DNA of 64,000 nt from Coleofasciculus sp. B1-GNL1-01 (GTDB taxonomy: Bacteria > Cyanobacteriota > Cyanobacteriia > Cyanobacteriales > Coleofasciculaceae). Below are positions 31,101 through 40,361 of this stretch, one piece after another (the first letter of the stretch is position 1; every line of letters begins with the position of its first letter). The stretch is from NCBI GenBank assembly GCA_040220235.1, contig JAVJTO010000094.1, one strand, 5' to 3'. The notes under the pieces are model-generated. The model did no database searches. It saw only the letters and a program-made list of their open reading frames with translations, and was not told the origin of the DNA. The translations under genes and the position numbers were made by a program.

Positions 31101-31290
31101 GATTAAAGCGGAAGCATGGCGACGGGCGCAAGTGGCAATGATTGAAGGAAAGGTTAAGTATGAAGATAATCAATTAATTTTATCGGATAAAGCCATTGCT
31201 TTGCCAATTACTGATGCTAACCCGGGTAATCCTGACTTATCTCATCCCTATTACTGGTCAGCATTTAGTATTGTTGGTAATCCGTGGTAA
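25177..31290 (+). CDS. TPS/filamentous haemagglutinin protein with FG-GAP propeller and C-terminal CHAT domain
   Basis: TPS motifs NLFHSF and LFLMNPAG; seven FG...VG(A)PG repeats; CHAT HLATHA and LSACRT. Start is probably ATG 25291. Confidence 0.92.
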   Translation: MGFGAASNLDLPYLGLSGILSVKSYTSVLSIPRSFVAPMINSAMKGAILLLATLPFLGVTSIQPTQATSIPLKVDKTDVPIVPQFKPSSLLTNTSVTQNTFAKDSIVTKEATQINPPSLIMAQSVTGAGDELGTTVEQDGNQFNIDGGTLSGDRENLFHSFQDFGLSAGEIANFISNPEIRNILGRVVSGEASIINGLIQVTGGNSNLFLMNPAGIVFGANASLNVPASFTATTATGIGFAGDQWFNVFSENNYQTLIGNPNQFAFDLAQPATLINAGNLAVSEGHNLTLLAGNTINTGQLTAPGGTITMAAVPESNRVRISQPGQLLSLEIVPSTNENGEIEAIDPLDLPTLLTGTEESVETGLTVTDTGQVQLQESGITVPADAGVAIASGTLDVSHESPTVDSQSVNVFGNKVGVFDATINASGMYGGGTVRLGGDYQGQGTFNASQTLISENSLITADAGLQGTGGEVFAWADGVTGFYGTISARGGTEAGDGGFIEVSGKELLIFTGHADAGAFNGQPGALLLDPKNITIGDANSPLAIRFNPTTSSTENQFGYSVAALGSDVLVGDPGYDEGGQNDVGITYLFDGTTGEEIKQFLSPNSTANGRFGFAVAGMESDKVIVGAPGENNNNGRVYLFDRDGILQRSFDNPNSSIAEGNTQFGFGYSVAAVGSNVLVGSPGDDTQGTDTGAAYLFEGNTGTRLHDFFSPNPTGSPTNNGRFGYSVAGVDSNVLVGAPGDNIGVEGNIITGGAAYLFNSNSGDLIETFTSPNATDTGEFGISVAAMGSQILVGAPGDNLGQGVQGAAYWFNQDGELQNTFSSPNADNGQFGTSVAAVESAESALGFNVVVSAPGENATYLYEPLPDSDTGLLWQTFLKPSESPSNFGNAVAGVERNVVVGAPGGMNDEGEIYLFGSSFEFDDNPNQSVTIDVATITNITNTGTEIEFQANNDITVKKPITTNNQNGTGGSLKLRAGRSIFVNANITTDDGNLTLIANDSNAIDDFREDGKAFIEIEDGFALNSGNGDIYLQLDTGGERGDINVRGEIITENGDLVVEHNNSTGGNVNIGETATIKVVGDVDMNTSGGNILTSGNVATTNGEVSFATQGGDIEIQNGGNVSTNAGEINFASQGGNIEIQNGGDVSTNGDEIRFITQGGTIQVDPAFNLTGETFLSTGDGTGDILFNNRLDGTQNLTLTAGTGNVSFEGQVGSGTPLGNLTIASAGNVTAKDAIAASSFTHQSGTGTINLANLRDIQILDGDFSLNTTNTLTVGNITATDGKVELSANSSLTTENITTSGDTINLTSQGEEVTSGNLDSGGGNVGVSANSNLNTEDIITSGGTINLTSTQGEINSGNLDSGSGNVDATASNNLNTANITTSGGTINLTSTQGEVSSDNLNSGGGNVDASANSNLTTANITTSGGTINLTSKDEEINTGDLNSSAAIGGDITVNARISITTEAINSSGTEGDGGNVTLDPLEDITVNSINVQGGSNGQGGDVDITTQQFFQATGSFSDQNGIDASISTAGGNGGGDITIRHDGGARNVPFVVGDGSKNGTAQAITSGEFTIAPVQSFPESHTLGNIRIITTDPPTDPPTNPTDPPTNPTDLLIEFKRPLERPPTPNALDQEPIINADVYKIERFFTQAFEKQLGMEAEKILTLDEIRNRLRSIEVATGVKPAVIYGVFVPSSTKSEMELELMLVTADRDVITKRVSGAKQSDVLNTGQNFRQEILDGGFGYLDDAQQLYQWMVAPLETDLQETGIENLVFILDEGLRSLPIAAIHDGDNFIVERYSVSLMPSVSLTDTRYADIKTMPVLAMGASDFPDNPLLEQLPAAAAEVSILTNTLWRGQAFLNENFTVNNLKAKREEKPFGIIHLATHAEFEPGAPSNSYIQLWDTKVGMDEVRSLGWHDPAVELVVLSACRTALGDPSAELGFAGFAAKAGVKSVLASLWYIEDWGTLPMMAEFYNNLDDAPIKAEAWRRAQVAMIEGKVKYEDNQLILSDKAIALPITDANPGNPDLSHPYYWSAFSIVGNPW

Positions 31291-31361
31291 AAGGCAGAGG
31301 TGCGGAGGAGAAGAGGTGAATTTTTCAATTAACCAATGACCAATGATATTTATCGGCGAAA

Positions 31362-31718
31362 ATGAGTATAGATAATCAGTTTGAGCCTCTTTTGAGCGGT
31401 GAAGTATTGTCGGTTGATGAATCAACACAACTTTTAATTGGAAATCGCACGTTCCGAGTGGATGAACTCGTAGAAGCGATACGGATGCAGTTTGAAGGGT
31501 TAGAGGGATGGAATCAAGACAAGGATGGTTGGTTTAGTGAAAAGGGTATTTCGGCTGAAGTTTTGAGATTTACTGCTAAAGGTTGGCAAAAAGGTACGGT
31601 GAGAATCAGTCTAGAATTTTGTCCTGAAGAAACTGAGACTCAGAAATCCCCAGCCTTAAATACAAGCGGGACATCACAAAAGCAAGAGGAACTGCCGATT
31701 GTGGGAATGATGGGCTAG
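31362..31718 (+). CDS. KGK domain protein
   Basis: WFSEKGISAEVLRF..KGWQKGTVRISLEFCPE. Confidence 0.88.
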   Translation: MSIDNQFEPLLSGEVLSVDESTQLLIGNRTFRVDELVEAIRMQFEGLEGWNQDKDGWFSEKGISAEVLRFTAKGWQKGTVRISLEFCPEETETQKSPALNTSGTSQKQEELPIVGMMG

Positions 31719-31901
31719 AGATGTAGGATGGGCATTGCCCGCTTCACGGTAACTTGGAGTTGATTACCATGGCGGCACAATGTCTTGTCCCAATCTCATC
31801 GTGCGAGGTTGGGGAGGGCGGGTTTTGTAGAAAGGTTATTGGTTTCTCTGTTAATTTTGCCCCTAAACCCGCCCCTACAGCTTGGTTCTTCCTACTTGAA
31901 C

Positions 31902-32156
31902 TCATTCATCTACAAACACACATCGCTTCATTACACTCATTACCTCTCCCGGATTTGCTGTTGGTGTCAGAGGACTCCATTCCGTTACATTGGCAAAGCC
32001 GAGACGATACAACGTGTGAATGATTTTCACCACGCCTTTGTTAGAACCAACGACGATAACTTTGACGAATTCTCGTTTTGAGTCTGAACGGGTGGAAGCT
32101 TGTAGCTGTATCGAGGCTTCGGGGGGTTTAGTATCGGTCAAAACGTTCTGAACCAT
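31902..32156 (-). CDS. Small hypothetical protein (84 aa)
   Basis: IIHTLYRLGFANVTEWSPL..GEVMS pattern; divergent from the HTH gene. Confidence 0.75.
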   Translation of the reverse strand: MVQNVLTDTKPPEASIQLQASTRSDSKREFVKVIVVGSNKGVVKIIHTLYRLGFANVTEWSPLTPTANPGEVMSVMKRCVFVDE

Positions 32157-32187
32157 TGGGGTTTCCCTGATTTGCGTTTACCTGAAA

Positions 32188-32245
32188 TATTCGCAGATCT
32201 GCGAATACTCAAATTGTACGCTGTATCTTCGCAGATCTGCAAATA
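32188..32245. promoter_or_regulatory. Pair of palindromic operators
   Basis: Perfect 20-bp palindrome TATTCGCAGATCTGCGAATA (32188..32207) and near copy TCTTCGCAGATCTGCAAATA (32226..32245). Confidence 0.75.
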
Positions 32246-32272
32246 TTTACTTCCTGATCTTCCTCTGACACG

Positions 32273-32527
32273 ATGGGAAACATGGGAAAAGCAGGCAAAG
32301 TCCTTCGGCAAGTTTTAGAGAGCTACGGCATCAGCCAGAACAAATTGGCTCTCACATTGGGAGTTAAACCTTCCGTTGTTTTTCGCTGGTTTCATGAGCA
32401 GACAGATCCCAGTGCTGAAACTGTCCGAAGTATTGCTGAAGCTTTACACGGTCTTGATCCAGCCGCTGCTGATGAGTTTGTCCGGCTTTATTTGGGGGAT
32501 TACCTTCAAGACAGGGATAAAACCTGA
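32273..32527 (+). CDS. XRE-family helix-turn-helix regulator
   Basis: MGKAGKVLRQVLESYGISQNKLA..LGV..SVVFRW...DP. Confidence 0.9.
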   Translation: MGNMGKAGKVLRQVLESYGISQNKLALTLGVKPSVVFRWFHEQTDPSAETVRSIAEALHGLDPAAADEFVRLYLGDYLQDRDKT

Positions 32528-33169
32528 AATATGCCAGGGGTTTATTTGAACCAGTGAGGTTGGGGCAGGGCGGGTTTTGTCGAAAGGTTATTGGTTTGTC
32601 TGTTAATTTTGTCCCTAAACCCGCCCCTACAACTTGACTGCCTCTACTTGAACTTATTCATCTAAAAACATACATCGCTTCAAGATAAAATTGTCTGATG
32701 TTTCACGGGAAGCAAATGGTCAAGTCGGGGCGGGTTTAGTCACTTATGGGTTAGGTCAGAAATAATAGTAGTAAAACCCGCCCCTACAAGCTAGGTTTTT
32801 TCTAAGGTGGGGAAGGGTCAAAACGACCTCATTTAGCCAGATGTCATGAAACGTAAACTCCTTGGATGACTGAACAGTTTATCCCATAGAACTTGTAGTT
32901 TGAATAAAGGGCGACCCGACCGAATTGAATGGACGGGTGTTGTGAATTGATGGAAGCGGGTCGCCCCTACAGCTTGTTAGATCATGTTCACTCCTCTCCT
33001 ATTCTCGTTGAGATACCTTGCCAACCCCCTCTCTCTTTCAAAAGGAGGATGTTTTAGGAACAAATACTGACTTATTAATAATAAGGATACTCAACCGCAT
33101 ACGCGATTAGTCCTCTGGAGAGGTCAACTACCCCGCTCATGCTTACCCACAGCTTCAGTTCTCAGATGA

Positions 33170-34717
<1,548 letters not shown>

Positions 34718-34762
34718 CCAATGACAAATGACGAATGACAAATAACAAATGACTAATAACCA

Positions 34763-35170
34763 ATGAACCTTAAAATCTTACTCCCTACAGAAATACTACT
34801 CGATGAAGAAGTAACCAAAGTATCTGCCGAAGCGGAAAATGGCGCTTTTACCTTATTACCGAATCATATTGACTTTGTTACGGCAATTGTTCCTGGCATT
34901 TTATTCTTTGAATCTGAATCGGAATCCACCCCAGAGGTGTTTATCGCTGTGGATGAAGGAATTTTAGTTAAATGTGGCGCAGATGTTCGGGTTTCAACTG
35001 GACGAGCGATTCGATCGGATGACCTAGAAACGTTACAGCAAACTGTAGAAGAGGAGTTTTCGCGTTTGGATGAACGGGAAAGAATCACAGCAGGTGCGAT
35101 CGCGAAATTAGAAGCCAGTTTTGCTCGTGGTGTATATGAGATAGGAGGGTCAAGTGGCGAAGCGTCCTAA
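34763..35170 (+). CDS. atpC: N-type ATPase epsilon subunit
   Basis: GAFTLLPNHIDFVTAIVPGIL and AVDEGILVK. Confidence 0.93.
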   Translation: MNLKILLPTEILLDEEVTKVSAEAENGAFTLLPNHIDFVTAIVPGILFFESESESTPEVFIAVDEGILVKCGADVRVSTGRAIRSDDLETLQQTVEEEFSRLDERERITAGAIAKLEASFARGVYEIGGSSGEAS

Positions 35171-35465
35171 TCACTCGAGACGACGACACAATAAGACGTT
35201 TCTGGGGAAAATAAAAGATAAATCCATCCGTAAACTTAAAGCCCGTAAGGAAGAAAATTTAAGTGTTTTATATGGCTTGACATTGATGGGGTTTGTCGGC
35301 TGGTCGGTTGGTATTCCTACGTTAATTGGCGTGGCAATTGGACTGTGGCTGGATGAAGTTTTGCCCACTCCCTTTTCCTGGACACTTACCTTAATGTTGG
35401 TGGGTTTAGTTCTCGGTTGTATTAATGCTTGGTACTGGGTAAAGCAGGAGTCTGCCGATGAGTGA
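35154..35465 (+). CDS. atpQ: N-ATPase AtpQ (AtpZ/gene-1-like)
   Basis: GWSVGIPTLIG..IGLWLD...SWTLTL...GCINAWYWV; lies after atpC. Confidence 0.88.
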   Translation: MAKRPNHSRRRHNKTFLGKIKDKSIRKLKARKEENLSVLYGLTLMGFVGWSVGIPTLIGVAIGLWLDEVLPTPFSWTLTLMLVGLVLGCINAWYWVKQESADE

Positions 35466-36693
35466 GTCAGCACAGACAATCCCCCTATTGATTTTATTGG
35501 TGGGCGCAATTAGCACGATTTCCATCCTGATTAAGGAAGGGATGACGCGCTTGGGCTTACCCAGTTTAGTGGGGTATTTGGTGCTAGGCTTTCTGCTGCG
35601 GCTGGCGGATTCCCAGTGGCAATTTCTGGGAGAACCGGGGCAGGAAATTTTTGAGTTTTTAGCCGAAGTTGGCGTGATTTCCTTGTTGTTTCGGGTAGGG
35701 TTAGAAAGTGATTTAGCGGGATTGATGCGCCAGTTATCCACAGCAACGAAAATTGGGTTAGTTAATATTGTTGTCAATGGGGGTTTCGGATTTGTCACCT
35801 CCTATTGGTTACTGGGACTGGCGTTTATCCCCAGTTTATTTATTGCGATCGCGTTTACGGCAACCAGTGTGGGTGTATCGATTGGGGTATGGCAAGAAGC
35901 AAATGCCACTCATTCAAACTATGGGGAATTACTACTGGATGTGGCGGAACTGGATGATATTTTGGGGGTAAGTTTAATGGCGTTATTGTTTGCTGTTGCC
36001 CCAGCAATTCAAGATAGGGGAACGGGAGAATTATTGCCCGTTATTGCCAAAACCTCTGGTATATTTTTCCTAAAAGCTGTAGTTTTTGGGACATTTTGCT
36101 ATGTGTTTTCGCGCTTTTTTGAGGCAAAGTTGACTAAGTTTTTTCGCCAAATTGAAGCGCCACCGGAACCGATGCTGGAGGTGGTGGGGATTGGTTTTAT
36201 TATTGCCGCGATCGCGGGGTTATTGGGGTTTTCAGTTGCCATTGGCGCTTTCTTTGCCGGATTAGTGTTTAGCCGTGATCCTAATGCGGTCAAAATTGAT
36301 GCGTCGTTTGACTCGTTATACGAACTGTTTACGCCGTTCTTTTTGATTGGGATTGGCTTGAAAATTAACCCTAGTGCGCTAACGGCGGCTTTTGGAATGG
36401 GAGGAATTCTCCTTGTCGCCGCCGTATTAGGCAAACTCATTGGTGCGGGGGGTCCCACTTGGTTAACCACAGGTTGGACGGGTGCGGCGTTAATTGGCGT
36501 CAGTATGGTTCCTCGCGCCGAAATTACCATGATTGTCATGGGTAAAGGACTCTCGTTAGGAGAGTGGGCGGTATCCAATCAGGTTTTCGCCGCCATGGTT
36601 GTTGTGTCTGCGGTGACTAGCATTCTAGCACCGATTGTTCTGCGTTCGTTGTTGCACCAATTGCCTGAAACTCAAACAGGAGTAAGTAACTGA
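35458..36693 (+). CDS. Cation/proton antiporter, CPA2 NapA-like
   Basis: About 12 TM helices; LLFRVGLE, ATSVGV, AELDDILG, LGKLIG and MVPRAE motifs. Start overlaps the atpQ stop. Confidence 0.9.
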   Translation: MSESAQTIPLLILLVGAISTISILIKEGMTRLGLPSLVGYLVLGFLLRLADSQWQFLGEPGQEIFEFLAEVGVISLLFRVGLESDLAGLMRQLSTATKIGLVNIVVNGGFGFVTSYWLLGLAFIPSLFIAIAFTATSVGVSIGVWQEANATHSNYGELLLDVAELDDILGVSLMALLFAVAPAIQDRGTGELLPVIAKTSGIFFLKAVVFGTFCYVFSRFFEAKLTKFFRQIEAPPEPMLEVVGIGFIIAAIAGLLGFSVAIGAFFAGLVFSRDPNAVKIDASFDSLYELFTPFFLIGIGLKINPSALTAAFGMGGILLVAAVLGKLIGAGGPTWLTTGWTGAALIGVSMVPRAEITMIVMGKGLSLGEWAVSNQVFAAMVVVSAVTSILAPIVLRSLLHQLPETQTGVSN

Positions 36694-36800
36694 TGCCTAT
36701 TTCACCGCAGCTTATTGTCTGGATTGCGATCGCGTTAGCACAAGTCAGCCTGCTGGCAATCGCACCGTTGTTGATTCGCTGGCTTTCTTTACTTCCTTAA
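36693..36800 (+). CDS. 35-aa single-TM microprotein, absent from the ORF track
   Basis: MPISPQLIVWIAIALAQVSLLAIAPLLIRWLSLLP. The ATG overlaps the antiporter stop (TGATG) with AGGAG upstream, and the ORF contains a HIP1 site. Confidence 0.55.
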   Translation: MPISPQLIVWIAIALAQVSLLAIAPLLIRWLSLLP

Positions 36801-37087
36801 TTTTTATGAAATTATCCTCTTTTAAATTAAGCGAAGCATCCTTTGGCTTCCCCCGTGCAAAAAAAGCGAAGCAACATCTGGTCTCCCCCATGGAACAAAA
36901 AGCGAAGCAACATCTGGTCTCCCCCTTTTTAAGGGGGACGGAAGGGGGATCTAATAGGGGGACGGAAGGGGGATCTCAAGCAACATCCTTAAATAAGGGC
37001 GGGTTTAGTTACCTATACACCAACAAAAAACGTTAATTGTAAAACCCGCCCCTACAGTCATCAAAACGTTTTTATCGGAGCATCACC

Positions 37088-37396
37088 ATGAACAATATAT
37101 TGCATTTAATTCTCGCCTTTCCTGCCGGCTTTGCCCTAGGAATTTTCTACTTTGGTAGTCTGTGGCTTACCGTGCGCCAACTGCCAACCACCCGTTATCC
37201 TATCCGCTTATTTGTAGGGAGTTATTTAGGTCGTATGGTGATTGCCTTACTCGGCTTTTATATCATCATCAACGGACATTGGGAACGAGCGCTGGTTGGC
37301 GTATTGGGTTTAATCGTCGCCCGCACATTGTTGGTGCGTCGTTTTGAACCAAAACCCTGGCATTTAGAACAACCCGCTAGTCATCAAATTCATTAA
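37088..37396 (+). CDS. atpR: N-ATPase AtpR subunit
   Basis: GFALGIFYFGSLWLTVR, SYLGR and GLIVARTLLVR. Confidence 0.88.
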   Translation: MNNILHLILAFPAGFALGIFYFGSLWLTVRQLPTTRYPIRLFVGSYLGRMVIALLGFYIIINGHWERALVGVLGLIVARTLLVRRFEPKPWHLEQPASHQIH

Positions 37397-37434
37397 TTGA
37401 TGATTGAGTTTTGGGATAGGCAAAATCCCCGATA

Positions 37435-37586
37435 AAACGCGAGCGAGACTACAAACGCGAGCGAGACTACAAACGCGAGCGAGACTACAAACGCGAGCGA
37501 GACGCTAAACGCGAGCGAGACGCTAAACGCGAGCGAGACGCTAAACGCGAGCGAGACGCTAAACGCGAGCGAGACGCTCGCACTAC
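37435..37586. repeat. 18-bp tandem repeat x8 ending in a REP hairpin
   Basis: AAACGCGAGCGAGACTAC x3, then AAACGCGAGCGAGACGCT x5, then CGCACTAC. Confidence 0.92.
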
Positions 37587-37626
37587 TACAACCAACGGTT
37601 AATTTTAAATTGAGAGAAGGAGACTA

Positions 37627-38349
37627 ATGAATGTTACCCCAGATACTATTATTTTTTGGCAGTGGCAGTGGTTTAAACTGAACGCTACCCTGGTTTATAC
37701 TTGGCTCGTCATGGCAATTTTGGTCGTGGGATCTTGGCTAGTGACGCGCAATTTGAAAGTTGAACCCGAAGAAATGTCGAATTGGCAAAATCGCTTAGAA
37801 ATTATTGTCGAAATGATTAATGGTGAGATTCGCCAAGCCACTAATCGAGAACCGAGTGAATTTCTGCCATTTGTTGGCACAATCTTTCTGTTCTTTGCCC
37901 TTGCCAATATTCTTACCATCATTCCCGGTTACGAATCCCCCGCCGCGTCTCTATCCACTACAGGCGCTTTTGCCTTGTGTGTCTTTTTTGCTGTACCGTA
38001 TTACGGGATTAAACATTCTGGGTTTGGCAGTTACCTGAAACATTTTATTGAGCCGACGCCCGTTGTTTTACCTTTTAATATTCTCAGCGAAATCACCCGG
38101 ACGCTATCCTTAGCCATTCGCTTGTTTGGTAATGTGATGAGTACGAGTTTATTGGTGGCAATTGTTTTATCCCTCATTCCCCTATTTCTACCTATTCCCG
38201 TCAGAGCTTATGGAATTGGAATTGGAGTGATTCAGGCGTATGTTTTTGCCATTTTAACCCTCGTCTATATCGCGTCAGGGATTCGCGCCCAGCGTAAAAG
38301 TCAACAAAAACGACAACAGCAACAGCAATCAGAAGAAGGAGCAACCTAA
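37627..38349 (+). CDS. atpB: ATP synthase subunit a
   Basis: LPFNILSEITRTLSLAIRLFGN (essential Arg) and IQAYVF..LTLVYI. Confidence 0.95.
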   Translation: MNVTPDTIIFWQWQWFKLNATLVYTWLVMAILVVGSWLVTRNLKVEPEEMSNWQNRLEIIVEMINGEIRQATNREPSEFLPFVGTIFLFFALANILTIIPGYESPAASLSTTGAFALCVFFAVPYYGIKHSGFGSYLKHFIEPTPVVLPFNILSEITRTLSLAIRLFGNVMSTSLLVAIVLSLIPLFLPIPVRAYGIGIGVIQAYVFAILTLVYIASGIRAQRKSQQKRQQQQQSEEGAT

Positions 38350-38350
38350 C

Positions 38351-38629
38351 ATGGATAATCTTGGTCTTATTGGCATCGCCTCGATTCTTGGTGCCGCCCT
38401 TTCCATCGGATTAGGGGCAATTGGACCCGCGATTGGGGAAGGATTAGGATTGGCGAATGCCCTACGTGCGATCGCGCAACAGCCGGATAAGGCGAATACG
38501 ATTACCCGCACCTTATTTGTGGGGATGGCATTTATTGAATCAACGGCGATTTATGCCTTCATTGTGTCGATTATTCTCATTTTTGCCAATCCGTTTTGGA
38601 ATCACTTTTTGAATCAGGGAGGAGGATAA
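38351..38629 (+). CDS. atpE: ATP synthase subunit c with Na+-type signature
   Basis: GPAIGEG, AQQP and IESTAIY; LIFANPFW tail typical of N-ATPases. Confidence 0.96.
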   Translation: MDNLGLIGIASILGAALSIGLGAIGPAIGEGLGLANALRAIAQQPDKANTITRTLFVGMAFIESTAIYAFIVSIILIFANPFWNHFLNQGGG

Positions 38630-38633
38630 GCCA

Positions 38634-39515
38634 ATGATTGATTGGTTTACATTGATTGCCCAAATTATTAACTTCATTATCCTCGTTTTTCTACTGTGGC
38701 GCTTTTTGTATAAGCCCATTACTAAAACTATGGGTGAGCGCCGCAAGCGGATTGAGCGTCAGTGGAAAGAAGCGCAACAGCAACAAGAGGAAGCCCAAGC
38801 CGAAGCGGAATCCTATCGCCAAAAGCAACAAGACTTAGAAAAACGGCGAGAGGAATTGTTGAATGAAGCCAAAGAAAACGCCAAAGCTGAACAGGAGAAA
38901 TTAATCAATCAGGCACGTCAAGAGGTTGACAAAAAGCAGGCAGAATGGCATGAATCCATTGAACGCCAGCAAGAATCCTTTCTGGAGAACCTGCGACAAC
39001 GGGTACAAGAGGTGACCCATAAAACCACCCGTCGCGCCTTACAGGATTTGGCAGATACGGAATTAGAACAACAGGCGATCGCGGTGTTCATTGAACGCCT
39101 AAAACACCTGGAGGACGAAGAACGAGAAGCCTTCAAACAATCGATTCATGACTCTGACCAGGATGTTGTCATTAACAGCGCCTTTGAGATGCCAGAAGAA
39201 AGCCAGCAAAAAATCCGGGATACTCTCCACCAAGAAAATATTCTCAATGGCAAAGACGTGAAATTCTCCACCTCATCGGATTTAATCTGTGGCGTAGAAA
39301 TGCGGAGCAAAAACCATCAGATTGCGTGGACGTTAGCCGACTATCTCGAAAGCCTAGAGGAACAATTCGCCAACGAATTCCCGAATAAGGCTGAAGCTGA
39401 AGAAAAACCAGACGATGAGGAACAGCCATCCACTAGAGAATCGGATGAACCCGAAGAGGAGCCAGATAAAAGGAAACTTTTGGGGTTGAAGGAGTATAAA
39501 GGTGAGATGAGATAA
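38634..39515 (+). CDS. atpF: N-ATPase subunit b (long, b-delta-like)
   Basis: IDWFTLIAQIINFIILVFLL.RFLYKPI, coiled coil, DLICGVEM. Confidence 0.93.
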   Translation: MIDWFTLIAQIINFIILVFLLWRFLYKPITKTMGERRKRIERQWKEAQQQQEEAQAEAESYRQKQQDLEKRREELLNEAKENAKAEQEKLINQARQEVDKKQAEWHESIERQQESFLENLRQRVQEVTHKTTRRALQDLADTELEQQAIAVFIERLKHLEDEEREAFKQSIHDSDQDVVINSAFEMPEESQQKIRDTLHQENILNGKDVKFSTSSDLICGVEMRSKNHQIAWTLADYLESLEEQFANEFPNKAEAEEKPDDEEQPSTRESDEPEEEPDKRKLLGLKEYKGEMR

Positions 39516-39680
39516 ATCTTCCTTGAGGCAGATTAATGTTGATGCCTCATTTCTTAGGATATTTGCCGAGGACTAGAATAGGCAGATGGCTTGATTCGCC
39601 CAACCCTTTTCTAGTCACTAGACTCTATTCAATAAATTAATTGGCAATTTGTCCAAAACCTAATCAGGAGAAATTTTTGA

Positions 39681-40190
39681 ATGCTGAATCGTTTGCCTAA
39701 AAGAGAACACAACGGATTAATTAGCCTCAAAAGAGGGGCGTTCGCCTTACTCACCCTGTCCGTACTCCTAGGCGCTTGCACCCCGGAACCTGAAGCCACG
39801 GTTCCAGAAACGGGAGTAGACACAACCTTGACGGAAACCGATGATACAGACGTTGAAGACGTAGCTGAAGATACGGAAGAATTCATCGGTGAGATGGTAA
39901 CCGTTACGGGTGAAGTTGAAGAAGATTATGGGATCAACACATTTGTCATAGAGGATACCGGTGAGATATTTGGTGATAAAGTGTTGGTGATCAATACCGC
40001 CGCGACAGAGCCAATTCTGGAAGAGCAGAATGTCCGAGTTACTGGGGAAGTTCGCGAACTCGTCGTGGCTGAGTTTGAGCGGGATTATGACCTAACCTGG
40101 GAAGGGGATATTCTCCAGACGATAGAAGCTGAGTACGTCGGACAGCCTGTTATCGTTGCTGATGCTGTCGAAGTGTTAGATATTCCCTAG
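39681..40190 (+). CDS. Acidic hypothetical lipoprotein
   Basis: LLGAC lipobox; repeated VTVTGEV/VRVTGEV (OB-like); AGGAG RBS. Confidence 0.8.
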   Translation: MLNRLPKREHNGLISLKRGAFALLTLSVLLGACTPEPEATVPETGVDTTLTETDDTDVEDVAEDTEEFIGEMVTVTGEVEEDYGINTFVIEDTGEIFGDKVLVINTAATEPILEEQNVRVTGEVRELVVAEFERDYDLTWEGDILQTIEAEYVGQPVIVADAVEVLDIP

Positions 40191-40210
40191 AATTTTGGGT
40201 AAAAAACCCT

Positions 40211-40308
40211 ACTCCATCGCAAGCGAGACTTCATAGCAAGCGAGACTCCATCGCCAACCAGACTCTATAGCAAACCAGACTCTATAGCGAGCGAGACGCT
40301 CGCACTAC
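40211..40308. repeat. Degenerate ~17-bp tandem repeat ending in REP GCGAGCGAGACGCTCGCACTAC
   Basis: About 4 to 5 ACTCCATCGCAAGCGAG-like units. Confidence 0.75.
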
Positions 40309-40361
40309 GGCGGCGGCAATTCTTTTTTGCCTCTTTCCTCCTGCCATCTACCATCTTTTTC

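Noticed and set aside
31754..32081. Plus-strand ORFs of 89 and 98 aa
   Set aside because: They overlap a REPIN and the antisense strand of the better-supported 84-aa gene.
36806..37036. 76-aa ORF within the atp operon
   Set aside because: Built from the 54-bp repeat family and a REPIN.
37435..37586. Possible CRISPR array
   Set aside because: The units are contiguous with no unique spacers, and no cas genes are present. It is a REP-derived VNTR.
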